Made by a program: the position numbers and the translations under genes. A DNA stretch of 64,000 nucleotides from NCBI GenBank assembly GCA_031296165.1, contig JARLGF010000140.1, positions 7,775-71,774 on the forward strand, written 5' to 3'. This document shows, piece after piece, positions 27,300-39,488 of this stretch; the stretch's first letter is position 1, and every line of letters begins with the position of its first letter. This DNA is from Terracidiphilus sp. (GTDB taxonomy: Bacteria > Acidobacteriota > Terriglobia > Terriglobales > Acidobacteriaceae). Under the pieces are notes generated by a model that had not been told where the DNA came from, did no database searches, and saw only the letters and a list, made by a program, of their open reading frames with translations.

Positions 27300-28598
27300 T
27301 TAAACAGCCACGTTCTCTTCGCTTTTGGGTGTAAAGATATTTCCCAGGCGCTGAATCTGCGCGCCCACGCCTTGCAGCTTCTCCTCGATGCGCTCATAAC
27401 CGCGATCCATGTGATATACGCGATCGAGGATGGACTCGCCATCGGCTACCAACGCGGCCAGGACCAGCGATGCAGAGGCCCGCAGGTCAGAGCACATGAC
27501 AGCAGCGGCAGAGAGCCGTGCCGGACCCAGAACCGTGGCCGTACTTCCATCCACCTTGATGTTGGCGCCCATGCGCACCAGCTCCTGCACATGCATGAAG
27601 CGGTTCTCGAAGATGTTTTCCTTGACCACGCTTACGCCTTCGGCCTGCGTGGCCAGAGCCATGTACTGTGCCTGCATGTCGGTGGGGAAGCCAGGGTACT
27701 CTTCCGTGGAGATGTTGGCTGCGCGCAGTCGCCTGTCGGCACGGACTCGGACGGTATCGGGTCCAAGGATATCTACGCGCGCGCCGGTCTCCTGGAGCTT
27801 GCCGATTACGGCGCCCAGATGATCCGCTTTGCAGTCGGCGACAATCAGATCGCCGCCGGTGATGGCTCCAGCCACTAAAAATGTCCCCGCTTCAATACGA
27901 TCGGGATTAATGCGGTAGCGTGCGCCATGGAGCCGGCTCACACCCTTGACCCGGATGGTAGACGTGCCGGCCCCTTCGATTCTGGCTCCCATTGCCGTCA
28001 GCAGCGAAGCCAGGTCAGTAACCTCGGGCTCGCGCGCGCAGTTTTCCATCAGGGTTTCGCCGTCGGCCAGCACCGCGGCCATGAGCAGGTCCTCGGTGCC
28101 AGTGACTGTGATCTTGTCGAAAACCAGGTGCGCTCCGTGCAGATGATCCACGCGGGCTTCAAGATAGCCGTGTTCCTGGGTGATGGCGGCGCCCATTTTT
28201 TCCAAGCTCTTAATGTGCAGATCGATGGGCCTGCCACCGATAGCGCAGCCGCCGGGCATGGCTACGCGCGCCATTCCGGTTCGCGCTACCAGCGGCCCCA
28301 GCACCAGGGAACTGGCGCGCATGGTTTTGACAATCTCATATTTTGCAACCGGGTCGGACAGTGTGCGGCAACTGATGATGGTGGTGTGCGGCGTGTCGCC
28401 GAGCCGGATTTCAGCCCCCATGGATGCCAACAGCCGCTTCTCGGTTTCAATATCGCGTACCTGGGGAATGCTTTCGAGTATTACTTCGTCATCGGTAAGA
28501 ATTGCAGCGGCCATGCAGGGCAGCGCTGAATTCTTGGCGCCCGAGACGCGAATAGTGCCTACCAGCGGATTGCCGCCGCGAATTACATATTTATCCAT
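27300..28598 (-). CDS. murA: UDP-N-acetylglucosamine 1-carboxyvinyltransferase
   Basis: SGAKNSALP, MRASSLVLGPL, PGGCAIGGRPIDLH (active-site Cys), PDRIEAGT, YPGFPTDMQAQ. Confidence 0.99.
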   Translation of the reverse strand: MDKYVIRGGNPLVGTIRVSGAKNSALPCMAAAILTDDEVILESIPQVRDIETEKRLLASMGAEIRLGDTPHTTIISCRTLSDPVAKYEIVKTMRASSLVLGPLVARTGMARVAMPGGCAIGGRPIDLHIKSLEKMGAAITQEHGYLEARVDHLHGAHLVFDKITVTGTEDLLMAAVLADGETLMENCAREPEVTDLASLLTAMGARIEGAGTSTIRVKGVSRLHGARYRINPDRIEAGTFLVAGAITGGDLIVADCKADHLGAVIGKLQETGARVDILGPDTVRVRADRRLRAANISTEEYPGFPTDMQAQYMALATQAEGVSVVKENIFENRFMHVQELVRMGANIKVDGSTATVLGPARLSAAAVMCSDLRASASLVLAALVADGESILDRVYHMDRGYERIEEKLQGVGAQIQRLGNIFTPKSEENVAV

Positions 28599-28719
28599 TA
28601 ATTTTGAGCAGCTCCTGGTCTCTTAGTGTAAATCGAGGGAAACAGACGGATGGATGGACCGCACCTACCGGCAGCATCCTTCAAGGAAACACGAGGAATG
28701 CAGAGGCGATCCTTATCGG

Positions 28720-29709
28720 TTACAGTTCCAGTACGTTGTCCTCGATGGCCAGGCGCACGTTGCCGTCCGATTTTGCCAGGCGGCGTACGGCTTCAGGCTT
28801 GTCGACTTTGGCTTTGAGCATGACCAGGGCAACGGGGACGCTGCGCCCTGCGCTTTTGATGGTTTGCACCGCAGTTTCGCGATCGATTTTGCAGGCGCCC
28901 ATCAGGATGCGGATACCGCGCTCAACCAGCTTGGAGTTCTGCATGTGTACGTTGACCATCAGGTTCTCGTACACGTAGCCCAGCCGGGTCATGGTGCCGG
29001 TAGTGATCATGTTCAGAATCATCTTCTGGGAGGTGCCGGCCTTCATGCGTGTGGAGCCGGAGATGACCTCTGGGCCGACGTCGGCAATAATTGCGATATC
29101 GGCGGCTGCTGCCAGTGGAGTGTCCTGATTGCAGGTGACCGCGGCAGTATGCGCTCCACGGGCGCGGGCATAAGCCACTGCGGCTACCACGTATGGAGTG
29201 CGCCCGGAGGCGGAAAGCCCAACAATAATGTCTTTGCGTGTGGGGCGGCGGCGGGCAATATCGCGCTGGCCCAGTTCTTCAGAGTCCTCATTGACCTCGA
29301 CTGCCGAGGCTAGCGCCTTGGGGCCTCCGGCCATGATGTACTGCACCTGACCCGGAGCTGTGGAGTAGGTGGGCGGGCACTCCGAGGCGTCGAGCGCAGC
29401 AATGCGTCCGCTGGAACCGGCGCCAATATAGATGAGCCGTCCGCCATCGCGCAGGCAACGAGCCACCTGGTCAATGACCTGCGCAATCTCAGGAAGCGCC
29501 TTTTTGACCGCTGCCGCAACCTTCGCATCCTCATGATTGATAATGCGTGCGATCTCGATCGCAGATTTGGTGTCAAAGCCTTGCGAGGCTTCGTTTTGGC
29601 TCTCTGTTGTTAAATGCTGAAGCTGCGAGGCCTGGTTTTTCTTGGTATCCTCTTGGGCGTCGGCCATCTCCTGCATCGTCATGCTGGTTACCATCACATC
29701 TATCCCCAA
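28720..29709 (-). CDS. murQ: N-acetylmuramic acid 6-phosphate etherase
   Basis: GRLIYIGAGSSGRIAALDASECPPTY, SASGRTPYV, GPEVISGSTRMKAGTSQK. Start uncertain. Confidence 0.97.
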   Translation of the reverse strand: MGIDVMVTSMTMQEMADAQEDTKKNQASQLQHLTTESQNEASQGFDTKSAIEIARIINHEDAKVAAAVKKALPEIAQVIDQVARCLRDGGRLIYIGAGSSGRIAALDASECPPTYSTAPGQVQYIMAGGPKALASAVEVNEDSEELGQRDIARRRPTRKDIIVGLSASGRTPYVVAAVAYARARGAHTAAVTCNQDTPLAAAADIAIIADVGPEVISGSTRMKAGTSQKMILNMITTGTMTRLGYVYENLMVNVHMQNSKLVERGIRILMGACKIDRETAVQTIKSAGRSVPVALVMLKAKVDKPEAVRRLAKSDGNVRLAIEDNVLEL

Positions 29710-29795
29710 GTTTTAATTGTATCTGTAAATTGCGCAAGTCCAGAGAGAATTCTCCCTGGACTTGCGCATACAAGATGAACGAAATTAAGGCACGG

Positions 29796-30926
29796 TTACA
29801 GCGCTTCGCGTACCGCGTCGTGAAAGGCAGGTCTTACCGCGCGAATCGATTGGTTCTTCCTGTCGGGCCAGGTACGGTTGGTGAGCAGCGTAACGGCCAC
29901 CCTGGCGTCCAGGTCAATCCACAAAGAACAGCCGCTGTAGCCCAGGTGTCCGATCGAGCGCGGTGAAAAATGGCGCCCAGAGGAGGAATGTTCAGAGGGC
30001 GTATCCCAGCCGAGCGCGCGAGAACTGCCTTCCGGGCTTTGCCGCTGGGCAAACAGATTCACCGTGGATGCCTCAAACATGCGCATATTTTCCGCTTCAT
30101 CTTCAATTTCCGTATCGGCAAACAGAATCCGATATGAAAAACGCAGTAGATCCGGCACATTGGAGAAGAGCCCGGCATGGCCTGCGACGCCTTTGAGCCG
30201 CCAGGCATTTTCATCCTGGACCTCCCCCTGTATGCGGCGTTTGCGGAGGGTGGTGTCTTCTTCCGTAGGCGGAATCGAAGAGCGCACACTGGGCGGGGGA
30301 CAGAAACCCGTAGTTGTCATCCCCAGGGGCTGAAATATCTCGCGGCGGACCCAGGGTGCTAGGTGCTCGCGAGTACGCACTTCCAGTGCCTTGCCCAGCA
30401 GAATGAAACCTGGATCGGAGTACTCGGCGCGCGTTCCGGGTTCAGCTTCAAGGGGTAATTTCAGACAGGCGCGAAACAGGGCGGCCGGTGTGGCGGCAGT
30501 GCGAAAAAGTTCCACGTAGCCTGGCAACCCCGAATTATGTGCCAAAAGGTGGCGCAGTTTGACATGGCGGGCGTACTCGCCGGGTGCGCGGCCTACTACA
30601 AAGCCGGGCAGTAACTCACCCAAGGGTATGTCCAGGTCAAGCACGCCGCGCTGATAGAGCAGCATGGCCGCGGCTGTGGTGGCTACCACCTTGGTGAGGC
30701 TGGCCACATCATAGACCGTCTGCGCGGTCACGGCGGGCGCGTCTTGTTCATAGGTAAAGTGGCCGAGCGCATCCTGGAGAACGATTTCACCGCCGACCAG
30801 CACGCCAAAGGCGCAGCCGGGAAAGGCCTGGGCGGCGATGGCATCGTTCAGCACGCGGTAAACGGCAGCAAACCGGCTATGCGGGTCGGAAGACAAGGAG
30901 ACCGGCGGGGTGATTTCAGGCTCCAT
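29796..30926 (-). CDS. Serine hydrolase, beta-lactamase/AmiE-like family
   Basis: SxxK (ASLTK), YSD, GVAGHAGLFS, GHLGYSG; likely start MEPEITPP at 30926; upstream of murQ. Confidence 0.9.
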   Translation of the reverse strand: MEPEITPPVSLSSDPHSRFAAVYRVLNDAIAAQAFPGCAFGVLVGGEIVLQDALGHFTYEQDAPAVTAQTVYDVASLTKVVATTAAAMLLYQRGVLDLDIPLGELLPGFVVGRAPGEYARHVKLRHLLAHNSGLPGYVELFRTAATPAALFRACLKLPLEAEPGTRAEYSDPGFILLGKALEVRTREHLAPWVRREIFQPLGMTTTGFCPPPSVRSSIPPTEEDTTLRKRRIQGEVQDENAWRLKGVAGHAGLFSNVPDLLRFSYRILFADTEIEDEAENMRMFEASTVNLFAQRQSPEGSSRALGWDTPSEHSSSGRHFSPRSIGHLGYSGCSLWIDLDARVAVTLLTNRTWPDRKNQSIRAVRPAFHDAVREAL

Positions 30927-31086
30927 CGTTGTCTTGCATTTTACCGCTAACAGGATTCCGCCGCAGTGACCAGCGCCCACTTTCCGCTTCCCGATTGGCG
31001 GATAAGTCTATCCCTGCGCAGCATCCAGCGCTATCCTTTGGAGCGGGCGGAGAGTCTATAGCACCAGAGCAAGCAATGGAGGATGT

Positions 31087-31938
31087 ATGCGTTTGCCGCA
31101 TGGAACATGGACGGCTGCAATGGTAATGGGCATCGTGGCCGCGGCTTGCTATCCCAGTATGGGCCAGACAGGATCAGCTTCGGTGTCTGCCGTGCCCGCG
31201 CCTGCCGATGCACCTCTTCCAGCTTCGGCGAAGACGACCTATACGGTCCCCGCCGGTACGAAGGTTCTGCTGCAATTGCGCAGCGCAGTCAATACCAAGA
31301 GCGCCAAGCCGGGGGATGGAGTCTATCTAGCCTCGACATTTCCGGTCGTGGTGGGAAGCAGAGTGATGATTCCGGCGGGGGTTTATGTGCAAGGAGTTGT
31401 GGACCGGGTTGCCCGCGCCGGGCGCGTGAAGGGCAGGGCACAGCTCGATCTGCATTTCACCTCGATGATCTTTCCGAACGGCACAGTGGTGGAGATTCCA
31501 GGCGTCATCAATAGCCTGCCGGGCGCCAAGGATCGCACCGTGAAAGGCGACGAAGGCACAGTCGAACAGCAGGGGAACAAGGGCCGAGATGTGGAGCGCG
31601 CCGGCGAGATCGGCCTGGGAGGCGCATCCGTGGGCACTATTGGCGGAGCAGCGACGGGCCACCCACTGGAGGGAGCGGCCATCGGAGGGCTGGGTGGTGT
31701 GGCTGTTGGCGCCGTGGCTGCCTTGTTCACCCGAGGCGACGACGTCAACATCGAGAACGGTACGCCAGTTGAGATGGTCTTGCAGCGGCCCTTAATTCTG
31801 GAGGAGGCGAACCTGGATGGTAGTGTCCCAATGGGCACGGCGCCGGTTCTGGTGCCTGCATCTGGTCAATCCAAACCACTGGATAAGCCAAATCGCGCTC
31901 GTATCTTCTGCCCGCCGGGTGGATTAGGGTGCGAGTGA
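31087..31938 (+). CDS. Exported TrbI/VirB10-like beta-domain protein with glycine zipper
   Basis: Signal peptide; VPAGTKVLLQL..NTKSAKPGDGV..IPAGVYVQGVV; GGASVGTIGGAATG..GAAIGGLGG; DVNIENGTPVEMVL. Confidence 0.65.
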   Translation: MRLPHGTWTAAMVMGIVAAACYPSMGQTGSASVSAVPAPADAPLPASAKTTYTVPAGTKVLLQLRSAVNTKSAKPGDGVYLASTFPVVVGSRVMIPAGVYVQGVVDRVARAGRVKGRAQLDLHFTSMIFPNGTVVEIPGVINSLPGAKDRTVKGDEGTVEQQGNKGRDVERAGEIGLGGASVGTIGGAATGHPLEGAAIGGLGGVAVGAVAALFTRGDDVNIENGTPVEMVLQRPLILEEANLDGSVPMGTAPVLVPASGQSKPLDKPNRARIFCPPGGLGCE

Positions 31939-31955
31939 AGTAATCTAGAAGGGAG

Positions 31956-32570
31956 ATGCCAACGGTTCCCCAGGACTCCCTAGCCCACGATTCAACCGCG
32001 AATCTTGAGACCAACTCCAGCCAGCCTGGCCTCAACCCCACACCCGTTCCGCCGGAAAAGGCTGGGGGGCTCGGGCTGTGGTTGCGCGATCTGCTGTTTT
32101 CCGCCGCTGCTTCGGTGTTTATTATCACCTTTCTTTATCAGCCGGTCCGCGTGGAAGGCACCAGCATGTTGCCGCGGCTGGAGGATCGCGACCGGCTCTT
32201 CATCAACAAATTTGTGTATCACCTCTCGGCTATCGAGCGCGGGGATGTAGTGGTTTTTCACTATCCGCGCGATCCAGAAAAGAGTTATATCAAGCGCGTG
32301 ATTGCCTTGCCCGGCGACCGGCTTTGGATTGAGCATGGACAAGTCTGGCTGAACGGCAAGCCACTGCCCGAGAACTACGTTCCCGAGGAATACCGCGACA
32401 CCCGCTCCATGGCAGAAATTGTGGTTCCCAAAGAGACTTTTTTCATGATGGGCGACCACCGCTCCATTTCGTCAGACAGCCGCGAGTTTGGCCCCGTGGA
32501 GCGCTCGCTCATCTACGGTAAGGCCGTCTACGTCTACTGGCCGGCCAAGGATGCAGGCGTGGTGCGTTAG
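31956..32570 (+). CDS. lepB: Signal peptidase I
   Basis: VEGTSMLPRL (catalytic Ser), YIKRVIALPGD (catalytic Lys), MGDHRSISSDSREFG. Confidence 0.97.
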   Translation: MPTVPQDSLAHDSTANLETNSSQPGLNPTPVPPEKAGGLGLWLRDLLFSAAASVFIITFLYQPVRVEGTSMLPRLEDRDRLFINKFVYHLSAIERGDVVVFHYPRDPEKSYIKRVIALPGDRLWIEHGQVWLNGKPLPENYVPEEYRDTRSMAEIVVPKETFFMMGDHRSISSDSREFGPVERSLIYGKAVYVYWPAKDAGVVR

Positions 32571-32643
32571 ACAATAGAAGTTCACCCGGATATTAACCGG
32601 TCAAACCTGTTAGAATCGATTGAATCCAATCCCCGGAGACGCG

Positions 32644-33792
32644 ATGCAGGCGATCCTGGCGCTCGAAGACGGGCGCATATTCCGTGGCCATGGCTATGGC
32701 GCACCTGGTGAAAGCCAGGGCGAAGTCGTTTTCAATACTTCCCTTACCGGTTATCAGGAAATCGCTACCGATCCTTCCTATGCCGGGCAAATCGTAGTTC
32801 TCACCAACCCCCAGATCGGCAACTACGGCACCAATCAAGCAGACAACGAGTCGGCCAAGCCCTATATTGAGGGCCTGATCGTCCGCGAGTTTTCACCCAT
32901 CAGCTCCAACTGGCGCTCCGAGCAGGTCACGGACGAGTACATGGAGCGGTATGCGGTGCCGGTGCTGGCCGAGATCGATACGCGCGCTCTGGTGCGCCAC
33001 CTGCGCACCCATGGCGTGATGCGCGGTGTGATTTCTACAGACGTTTCCGACCCCGAAGCGCTGGTCCAGAAGGCGAGAAACATTCGCAAGATGGACGGGA
33101 CGGACTTGGCGCGCGTTGTGTCAACGAAGTCTCTTTATCAGTTTGACTCTTCCGACAGCCGTAATCAGGCTGGAGACCCTCTTCTGGTTGACGGTTTCCT
33201 CCCCAAAGAGGAAGTGCGGAAGCACCTTCATGTGGTGGCTTATGATTTCGGCATCAAGCTGAATATTCTAAGGATGTTAGCCCGCGAGGGCTGCCGGGTG
33301 ACGGTGGTGCCAGCCGAGACCTCAGCCGAAGACGTACTGGAGCTGAAGCCCGACGGTATCTTCCTTTCGAACGGCCCTGGCGACCCCGAGCCGGTGGATT
33401 ATGCGGTGCGCGCCATCCGCAAGTTCCTGGGCCGCGTGCCGGTTTTCGGCATCTGCCTGGGCCACCAACTGACAGGACTGGCGTTGGGCGGTCGTACCTA
33501 CAAGTTGAAGTTCGGCCACCACGGCGGCAACCACCCGGTGAGAAACAACACCACCGGGAAGGTTGAGATAACGGCACACAATCACAACTTCGCCGTTGAT
33601 CCGGACTCGATCAACGCGAACGAAGTGGAGTTGACGCATGTGGACCTGAACGATCAGACTTTGGAAGGTCTGCGGCATAAGACGCTGCCGCTGTTCAGCG
33701 TTCAGTACCACCCCGAAGCAGCTCCCGGGCCGCACGATTCGCACTACCTGTTTCACGACTTCCGGCGGATGATGGAGGAGTGGAAGGGATGA
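32644..33792 (+). CDS. carA: Carbamoyl-phosphate synthase small subunit
   Basis: [42 protein letters not shown]; GGAGA upstream of ATG 32644. Confidence 0.99.
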   Translation: MQAILALEDGRIFRGHGYGAPGESQGEVVFNTSLTGYQEIATDPSYAGQIVVLTNPQIGNYGTNQADNESAKPYIEGLIVREFSPISSNWRSEQVTDEYMERYAVPVLAEIDTRALVRHLRTHGVMRGVISTDVSDPEALVQKARNIRKMDGTDLARVVSTKSLYQFDSSDSRNQAGDPLLVDGFLPKEEVRKHLHVVAYDFGIKLNILRMLAREGCRVTVVPAETSAEDVLELKPDGIFLSNGPGDPEPVDYAVRAIRKFLGRVPVFGICLGHQLTGLALGGRTYKLKFGHHGGNHPVRNNTTGKVEITAHNHNFAVDPDSINANEVELTHVDLNDQTLEGLRHKTLPLFSVQYHPEAAPGPHDSHYLFHDFRRMMEEWKG

Positions 33793-33936
33793 GAATTTCG
33801 GACTCAGTTGCGAAGTTTGTAAATGTTGGAAATGGCGGGGCATTTGCCCCGCTGTTTTGCGTGAAGAGCGCGCGCTATAGCCCGCTCTCTTCAATTCCCG
33901 GATCACTCAGATTGGGTAAGGAAACAATTCAAACAA

Positions 33937-37239
<3,303 letters not shown>

Positions 37240-37276
37240 AGATGTTCTCAGGCCATGCGGTCTATGCGCACTGCGG

Positions 37277-37810
37277 TTAATCTTCGCGGCGGCGAAGGGC
37301 AAGCCGTGCGCCGATGGAGTAGCCGAGCAAGGCAGCAGCAGGCCATGTACCGAAAAAAGGCCCATCGTTGTCGATCAATCCGCTGGGTTTGGGCAGGCTG
37401 AAAAACGTGCGCGTCAGTTTTTCAGTGGCGTCGCACTGGAAACACGCGTTGGGCCCGGTAGGCATGTCCAGAATCCAGAGGCTGAGGATGAGAACCAGGA
37501 TAAGACCAACCAACCATACCGCGGTGGCCATTTCGTCCTGCCGGAAGTGAGTTACCAGGTAACCCACGGCAAGCGGTACAAGCAAAGACAAAACCAGGAT
37601 GATGGTCTGTGAAATTGCAGGTGGGTTGAGAAGATAGCCGGCGAGCATGAGCAACAGCCATGAACCGAGGGCGAGGGCAGTGTGAAGGAAAAAGGATATA
37701 GCCTGCCCGGAGAGCTTGGATGTGCTCCTGTCTTCTTCATTTTCCCGTTGAATCAAAGCACCCATGGGCGCGGCTCCTGGTAGGGTCCGTAGAGTGAATT
37801 CATTATTCAC
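37277..37810 (-). CDS. Hypothetical membrane protein (about 4 TM segments, CxxC in a loop)
   Basis: Four hydrophobic segments; NACFQCD loop. Confidence 0.7.
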   Translation of the reverse strand: MNNEFTLRTLPGAAPMGALIQRENEEDRSTSKLSGQAISFFLHTALALGSWLLLMLAGYLLNPPAISQTIILVLSLLVPLAVGYLVTHFRQDEMATAVWLVGLILVLILSLWILDMPTGPNACFQCDATEKLTRTFFSLPKPSGLIDNDGPFFGTWPAAALLGYSIGARLALRRRED

Positions 37811-37881
37811 TGAACATACACTCTACTGCAAATGGGAACAATCCGCAGCAATTGGAGCTGAGCAGGCCCTAAAATAAAGCC

Positions 37882-38940
37882 ATGCTGATTAAAGGCATTT
37901 TTGCCGCTGTAACCACGCCGTTTTACGCGGACGAGCGGGTGTATTTCCGCAAACTTGAAGCCAATATGGCACGCTACTCGCGCAGCCTGCTTTCCGGGAT
38001 GGTGGTACTGGGTTCTACCGGCGAAGCGGTGATGGTGGACGAGGGCGAGTACAGCGAAGTTTTACGGGTGGCGGGGGAGGCTGCGGCACCGGAAAAGGTG
38101 CTGATTGCCGGGGCCGGGCGGGAGAGCGTGAAGGCGACCGTAGAAACCGCAGAGCTGGCGGCGCGGTTTCGCTACGATGCCATTCTGGTCCGAACTCCCT
38201 CTTACTACGCCAGCAACATGTCCACGGCGGCGGTTCTGAACTACTTCCGCAGTGTTGCCGACCGTTCGCCGCTGCCGGTCTTGCTCTACAACATTCCCAA
38301 GTGCGTCCCTTACCAGATTCCCGTGGAAGTGGTCGCCGAACTGGCTCAGCATCCGAAGATCATCGGAATCAAGGAGTCCAGCGGCAACATGGAGCGGGTT
38401 CGAGCGCTGGTGGCCGCTACGCGGAACGCTCCGCGGCGCACCGTGACCGTTACGCCCGTGTTTGAAGCAGTGACAGCGCGCATGTTGGAGGCGCGGACAG
38501 AGCCAACGTCCGCTACATTTGTCTCCGCGGGCGATTTGGCGGGCGGCCAGGCTCTGGCAGTAGCTGCTCCGGTTGCGCCGCTCAAGACGCGAACCCAGGA
38601 GGCCGGTTTCCATGTGCTTTGCGGTTCGGCTTCGGGGATGCTGGAGTCGCTTGAGGCGGGCGCGGACGGAGCCATTCTGGCCTTTGCCGCTTGCGCTCCG
38701 CAGGCTTGTCAGGAGGTCTATTTTGCCTGGAAGGATCACGATCTGAAGCTCGCGGAAGAGAAGCAGCAGCGGATTGCAGGTCCCAATCAGCGCATCGTGG
38801 GCCAGTTGGGAATCGGCGGCGTTAAGTACGCCTGTGACTTCAACGGCTACTACGGAGGTCCTGTCCGCGCTCCGCTGCTCACTGTAACGGCAGTGGAGAA
38901 GGCTGAAATCGAGAATTTACTGGCTGAAATCCGGAATTAA
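37882..38940 (+). CDS. Dihydrodipicolinate synthase (DapA/NanA/HOGA) family aldolase
   Basis: AVTTPF, VLGSTGEA, LYNIP, GIKESSG (Schiff-base Lys). Confidence 0.9.
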   Translation: MLIKGIFAAVTTPFYADERVYFRKLEANMARYSRSLLSGMVVLGSTGEAVMVDEGEYSEVLRVAGEAAAPEKVLIAGAGRESVKATVETAELAARFRYDAILVRTPSYYASNMSTAAVLNYFRSVADRSPLPVLLYNIPKCVPYQIPVEVVAELAQHPKIIGIKESSGNMERVRALVAATRNAPRRTVTVTPVFEAVTARMLEARTEPTSATFVSAGDLAGGQALAVAAPVAPLKTRTQEAGFHVLCGSASGMLESLEAGADGAILAFAACAPQACQEVYFAWKDHDLKLAEEKQQRIAGPNQRIVGQLGIGGVKYACDFNGYYGGPVRAPLLTVTAVEKAEIENLLAEIRN

Positions 38941-39057
38941 CCGGTTGCCAGACTTGTTTCCGGCGGTGTGGACGGCGGCTTGTCGTTCCACCTGCCGCGA
39001 CAAGGTGGACGTTGGGCGCCTTGGAAATGAGAGGCCGGCAGTGGAACTTGGGGCGTC

Positions 39058-39415
39058 CCTGTTAACCTGTTGGTACCCTCTCCCCCCTCCCCCCCCTATG
39101 TATTTAGCGAAGTTCTCCAGTTTCAACGAGATAAGCAGGGGGTACCGCCGTAAAAATTAGATTCTAAAGGGGTTATGTATCAAAAATTAGATAAAAAGGA
39201 GTTATGGGCGTATTTTGGACGTTTTCCGAGGTTTTCGTACCGCATGTTGAGACACTTATTGTTTGCATTGGTTTGAAAACTCCTCTGTTGTCGTTTCTTC
39301 GGGACCTGGAACGGTGGCAAAGGCCCATGCTCTCTCCGGAGTTCGATCCCTGCTTTCAAAAATCACTCTAGAGGAATTGTGCGCCTTGTTGGGTAATAAT
39401 CTGCAAACCGGGCAG
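39058..39415 (+). repeat. Dispersed non-coding element, copy 2
   Basis: Same block order and orientation as 21460-21863; shorter mainly in the distal variable part. Confidence 0.9.
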
Positions 39416-39439
39416 TGAATAAAAAACGGCGGGGTGAGG

Positions 39440-39487
39440 TTCGTGTTCTCCTACTCATTTCACGATGGAACTGTGAAATGGGGCACG
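39440..39487. repeat. REP-like hairpin at the 3' end of the peptidase gene
   Basis: CATTTCAC-gatggaact-GTGAAATG stem (39456-39480) followed by GGGCAC. Confidence 0.5.
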
Positions 39488-39488
39488 C

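Noticed and set aside
29796-30926. Beta-lactam resistance gene
   Set aside because: No evident signal peptide, YSD and HLG motifs, and murQ linkage favour a housekeeping serine hydrolase.
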